Source: an uncultured virus (IMG/VR IMGVR_UViG_2049941000_000050) | Lineage: Duplodnaviria > Heunggongvirae > Uroviricota > Caudoviricetes | Reading direction: 5' to 3' (one strand) | IMG/VR virus record: IMGVR_UViG_2049941000_000050 | DNA length: 2,144 nucleotides | Shown here: positions 1 to 2,144 of the stretch, in pieces | Position numbering within the stretch: position 1 is the stretch's first letter | How the letters are laid out: every line of letters begins with the position of its first letter | Position numbers and translations under genes: made by a program | Notes under the pieces: model-generated | The model's input: the letters and a program-made list of their open reading frames with translations, nothing else | Told to the model about the DNA's origin: nothing | Databases searched by the model: none

Positions 1-348
1 GGCGCAGGCGAAATCCCCGGAATCGAAATAAAAGTTCACGTTGGTGTTCGGCACAATCCCATACCTGTCCAGCTGGAGGAGGTCGTCCTGTACTTCCATA
101 TACGAAATCATTTCCGCCGAAACGGAGTAGTCCGGGTTCTGCTCGTAGCCGTAAGCCTGTCTCAGGACGGCGTTTTGGTCGATTACTGGCTTGAACTCCT
201 CGAAATACGGAACCTTGAGCTTAAAATAATTGACGTCGATGCCGTAGGAACGTATTATATCTCTATAATAATTCCCAATAATTTTCGATTCCCGCTCCAA
301 ATTCTTCATGTAGCGGATTTCTCTGTTGTTTTTCTGATACAACGCCAT
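1..348 (-). CDS. N-terminal 116 codons of a putative phage neck/head-closure protein (T4 gp14-like), variant A; runs off the window start
   Basis: Not in the ORF track because it has no stop in the window. Manual translation from ATG 348-346 (in-frame TAA upstream at 360-358): MALYQKNNREIRYMKNLERESKIIGNYYRDIIRSYGIDVNYFKLKVPYFEEFKPVIDQNAVLRQAYGYEQNPDYSVSAEMISYMEVQDDLLQLDRYGIVPNTNVNFYFDSGDFACA. The motif order (DIIRSYGIDVNY, AYG, ISYME, YGIVPNTNVNFYF) resembles the gp14 family as I recall it (I..G.d..Y / fG / a.Y / FG....d.v.l.i). The last 37 codons match 2034-2144. An alternative start is ATG 309. Confidence 0.75.
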   Translation of the reverse strand, partial: MALYQKNNREIRYMKNLERESKIIGNYYRDIIRSYGIDVNYFKLKVPYFEEFKPVIDQNAVLRQAYGYEQNPDYSVSAEMISYMEVQDDLLQLDRYGIVPNTNVNFYFDSGDFACA

Positions 349-354
349 TTGGAT

Positions 355-362
355 TATTTACA
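355..362 (-). promoter_or_regulatory. T4-type late promoter-like element TGTAAATA
   Basis: The minus strand reads TGTAAATA-ATCCAA-ATG, a 7/8 match to the T4 gp55 late promoter TATAAATA, 6 nt before the start of a probable structural gene. No Shine-Dalgarno sequence lies between the motif and the ATG. Confidence 0.5.
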
Positions 363-393
363 ATTTGGCGGCGAGTGGTTCACAAATATTCGG

Positions 394-399
394 TATAAT
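394..399 (+). promoter_or_regulatory. Sigma70-type -10 box for the lipoprotein gene
   Basis: Perfect TATAAT at 394-399 in the AT-rich divergent intergenic region. There is no canonical -35 at 16-18 nt spacing. Confidence 0.45.
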
Positions 400-414
400 A
401 TTGGCAACTTCGAA

Positions 415-420
415 TAAGGA
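415..420 (+). promoter_or_regulatory. Shine-Dalgarno site
   Basis: TAAGGA followed by a 12-nt A-rich spacer before ATG 433. Confidence 0.5.
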
Positions 421-432
421 ACAAAAAACACC

Positions 433-951
433 ATGAAGAAAACGTTTATTGCAATCATTTCCGCATTTCTGACGCTTATCGTCGGATGCAAGGAGCCAAC
501 CGTCGAGTCTATGACCGTAACCGCCACCGCCGTCGGCAGAGCCGCCGCATTGGTGGTCAATGAAACCGGAATCGACGCTAAAACCAGGGAAACAATCGTC
601 GACGTTCTCGGGACCGTGGCGAAGGTTACCCCGGCACCCGGTCAGAGCTTCGAGGATGCTTGGACCCCGGTCGTGAACGAAACCGTCGACAAGATGGTAG
701 CCGACGGAAAAATTAGCGATACCCAGGGAGTTCTGGTAAAAAGCGCGTTCTCCGTAATAGTTAAGGGTTTGGACTACATTTTCACGGTCCGCTACCCGAA
801 GGCGAAGGAATACGAAGACTTAGTAACCGCCGCCATCACCGGTTTCTCGAACGGTTTTCTTGAGGTGTTCAAGGTCGAACCGACAAAGACTGTCTCTTCC
901 GCGACGATTGATTTCGACAAGGAAGCCTTCGAATATCTTAAAAAGCGATAA
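433..951 (+). CDS. Hypothetical lipoprotein, 172 aa, with SPase II signal peptide
   Basis: MKK + hydrophobic core TFIAIISAFLTL + lipobox-like IVG/C (Cys19). The ORF has an ATG start, an upstream SD and -10, a TAA stop and a terminator directly downstream. The mature part looks amphipathic alpha-helical. Family not recognised. Confidence 0.85.
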   Translation: MKKTFIAIISAFLTLIVGCKEPTVESMTVTATAVGRAAALVVNETGIDAKTRETIVDVLGTVAKVTPAPGQSFEDAWTPVVNETVDKMVADGKISDTQGVLVKSAFSVIVKGLDYIFTVRYPKAKEYEDLVTAAITGFSNGFLEVFKVEPTKTVSSATIDFDKEAFEYLKKR

Positions 952-966
952 TCTCTATCGAGTTCT

Positions 967-1004
967 AAAAAAAGAGAGACCGGAGACGGTCTCTCTTTTT
1001 TTTT
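967..1004. terminator. Bidirectional rho-independent terminator
   Basis: A7 (967-973), stem GAGAGACCG (974-982), GAGA GNRA-type tetraloop (983-986), stem CGGTCTCTC (987-995), T9 (996-1004). The 9-bp stem is perfect and has U-tracts on both strands. It begins 15 nt after the lipoprotein stop. Confidence 0.93.
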
Positions 1005-1025
1005 AATATTTAATTCCCGCAAGAT

Positions 1026-1035
1026 NNNNNNNNNN
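1026..1035. other. Scaffold gap (10 N)
   Basis: Run of 10 N. Confidence 0.99.
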
Positions 1036-1389
1036 TTCGACGTAGTCCTTGCTGGCGTATTTTCTCTTGAAGGAATTCGCCGTGAAGACGTTTGTCGGAA
1101 GCTCGAGCCTAACGTCATCGTGCTCGAACGCCAGGCACGGAAGAACGTATTCCTTTTCCAGCTCGTAGGAGGAGATGACGGCGGCAAAGCGTCCGGTCAG
1201 GATTTCCGATTCGAACGTCAGCGGGGTGTTGTACCCCAGGGTGTAAGGGAAATACTCGTCGGAAAGGTTGTGGCAGACCGTTTTTCCCCCGATTTCGGAC
1301 GAAACTACGTCCGAAACGCAATCGGGAACTTCAAATTCGAAAACCGTCTCCTTTACCTTATATTCTTTCAGCTGTCCCAGCTTCCAGGC
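1036..1389 (-). CDS. Internal 118-codon fragment of the same gp14-like gene, variant A (AWKLGQLKEY...ASKDYVE)
   Basis: Aligns without gaps to 1677-2030 (offset 641) with 12 mismatches in 354 nt. The frame is open throughout and is bounded by N gaps on both sides. Confidence 0.8.
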
Positions 1390-1399
1390 NNNNNNNNNN
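1390..1399. other. Scaffold gap (10 N)
   Basis: Run of 10 N. Confidence 0.99.
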
Positions 1400-1400
1400 A

Positions 1401-2144
1401 CTTCCAGACGTACTTGTGGAGTAGCGGGTTTATCCCGTCATTTGAGATTATCTTGTCGGTGCTCTCGGTTATCTCGTACCTCTGCCTCGACCCGTCGGAG
1501 GGGAACCCAATCGTGACGATGTCTCCCACCTCGGGGTGTATCTTGTCCAGATATTTCCCGATTTTGTTCAGGTCGCGGAACAGAACCCCGCCGAAAAGCT
1601 TCCCCCGCAGAATGTTTTTGTACTGGTTTTTGCGAATATGGACCCTGTGGACGGCGAATTTCAGGAAAAGCATCGTCTCGACGTAGTCCTTGCTGGCGTA
1701 TTTTCTCTTGAAGGAATTCGCCGTGAAGACGTTTGTCGGGAGCTCGAGCCTAACGTCGTCGTGCTCGAACGCCAGGCACGGAAGAACGTATTCCTTTTCC
1801 AGCTCGTAGGAGGAGATGACGGCGGCAAAGCGTCCGGTCAGAATTTCCGATTCGAACGTCAGCGGGGTGTTGTACCCCAGAGTGTAGGGGAAATACTCGT
1901 CGGAAAGGTTGTGGCAGACCGTTTTCCCCCCGACCTCGGACGAAACAACGTCTGAAACGCAATCGGGAACTTCAAATTCAAAAACCGTCTCCTTTACCTT
2001 ATATTCTTTCAGCTGTCCCAGCTTCCAGGCGAGAGCGCAGGCGAAATCCCCGGAATCGAAATAAAAGTTCACGTTGGTGTTTGGCACAATCCCGTACCTG
2101 TCCAGCTAGAGGAGGTCGTCCTGTACTTCCATATACGAAATCAT
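1401..2144 (-). CDS. Central/C-terminal part of the putative gp14-like neck protein, variant B; partial at both ends, with one in-frame TAG at 2106-2108
   Basis: Corresponds to ORF-track 1368..2087, but homology to 1-111 shows the frame extends to the window edge (MISYMEVQDDLL[TAG]LDRYGIVPNTNVNF...). The C-terminal motifs HPEVGDIVTI...RYEIT...INPLLHKYVWK resemble the gp14-family P.eGDli...fEI...l....w.l pattern. The ORF-track tail 'PGSWDS' is a cross-gap artefact. Confidence 0.75.
1677..2030 (+). repeat. Direct near-duplicate of 1036-1389 (354 nt, 96.6% identical)
   Basis: Mismatches at 1677, 1740, 1758, 1842, 1881, 1887, 1926, 1934, 1935, 1947, 1953 and 1980; no indels. Confidence 0.97.
2034..2144 (+). 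repeat. Direct near-duplicate of 1-111 (111 nt, 4 mismatches)
   Basis: Offset 2033; mismatches at 1/2034, 49/2082, 61/2094 and 75/2108; no indels. Confidence 0.97.

Noticed and set aside
175..417. ORF-track 80-aa plus-strand ORF, and 354..560 minus-strand ORF
   Set aside because: Both are antisense shadows of the gp14-like gene and the lipoprotein gene, and they run across the promoter region.
792..1962. ORF-track entries 792..1187, 1115..1321, 1120..1686, 1268..1516, 1536..1955 and 1750..1962
   Set aside because: They are alternative-frame or antisense shadows, and several cross N gaps. The SNP pattern is synonymous specifically in the gp14-like minus frame, which identifies it as the coding frame.
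1548..2027. Intein as the explanation for the inserted domain
   Set aside because: There is no C-terminal His-Asn followed by Cys/Ser/Thr at the junction, and no recognisable splicing blocks or LAGLIDADG motifs.
1036..2030. Diversity-generating retroelement TR/VR pair
   Set aside because: Mismatches are not confined to adenines of one copy on either strand. They fall almost entirely at synonymous third positions, the opposite of DGR mutagenesis, and no reverse transcriptase is present.
2085..2087. GTG start for the 239-aa ORF
   Set aside because: It is called only because of the upstream TAG. The homologous copy shows it is an internal Val about 99 codons into the protein.
1..2144. Terminal direct repeat indicating a complete circular 2-kb element or LTR-like ends
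   Set aside because: The end copies differ at 4 of 111 nt, lie mid-gene, and continue the internal duplicate. No replication or mobility gene is present. Strain variants explain it better.
1..2144. CRISPR array, tRNA (including a suppressor tRNA) or rRNA
   Set aside because: No short regularly spaced repeats or cloverleaf-like sequence were seen, and nearly all non-gap sequence is explained by coding regions.

Overview
This is a small, gapped scaffold of three pieces (1-1025, 1036-1389, 1400-2144) joined by two 10-N gaps, most likely from a large T4-like (myovirus/jumbo) phage. It holds two divergent genes. On the minus strand is a probable neck/head-closure protein (T4 gp14-like, with a ~160-aa internal insertion); it starts at ATG 348 just downstream of a late-promoter-like TGTAAATA. 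On the plus strand is a 172-aa lipoprotein (433-951) followed by a bidirectional intrinsic terminator. The minus-strand gene is present as two ~96-97% identical variants whose pieces are out of order: 1036-1389 = 1677-2030 and 1-111 = 2034-2144. This pattern is best explained by two co-assembled strains. Of the 16 differences between the variants, 14 are synonymous, one is Val/Ile, and one is CAG(Gln) versus an in-frame TAG at 2106-2108. That codon hints at amber-to-glutamine recoding (genetic code 15), but the evidence is a single codon. Family assignments rest on motif recall, not on a database search.
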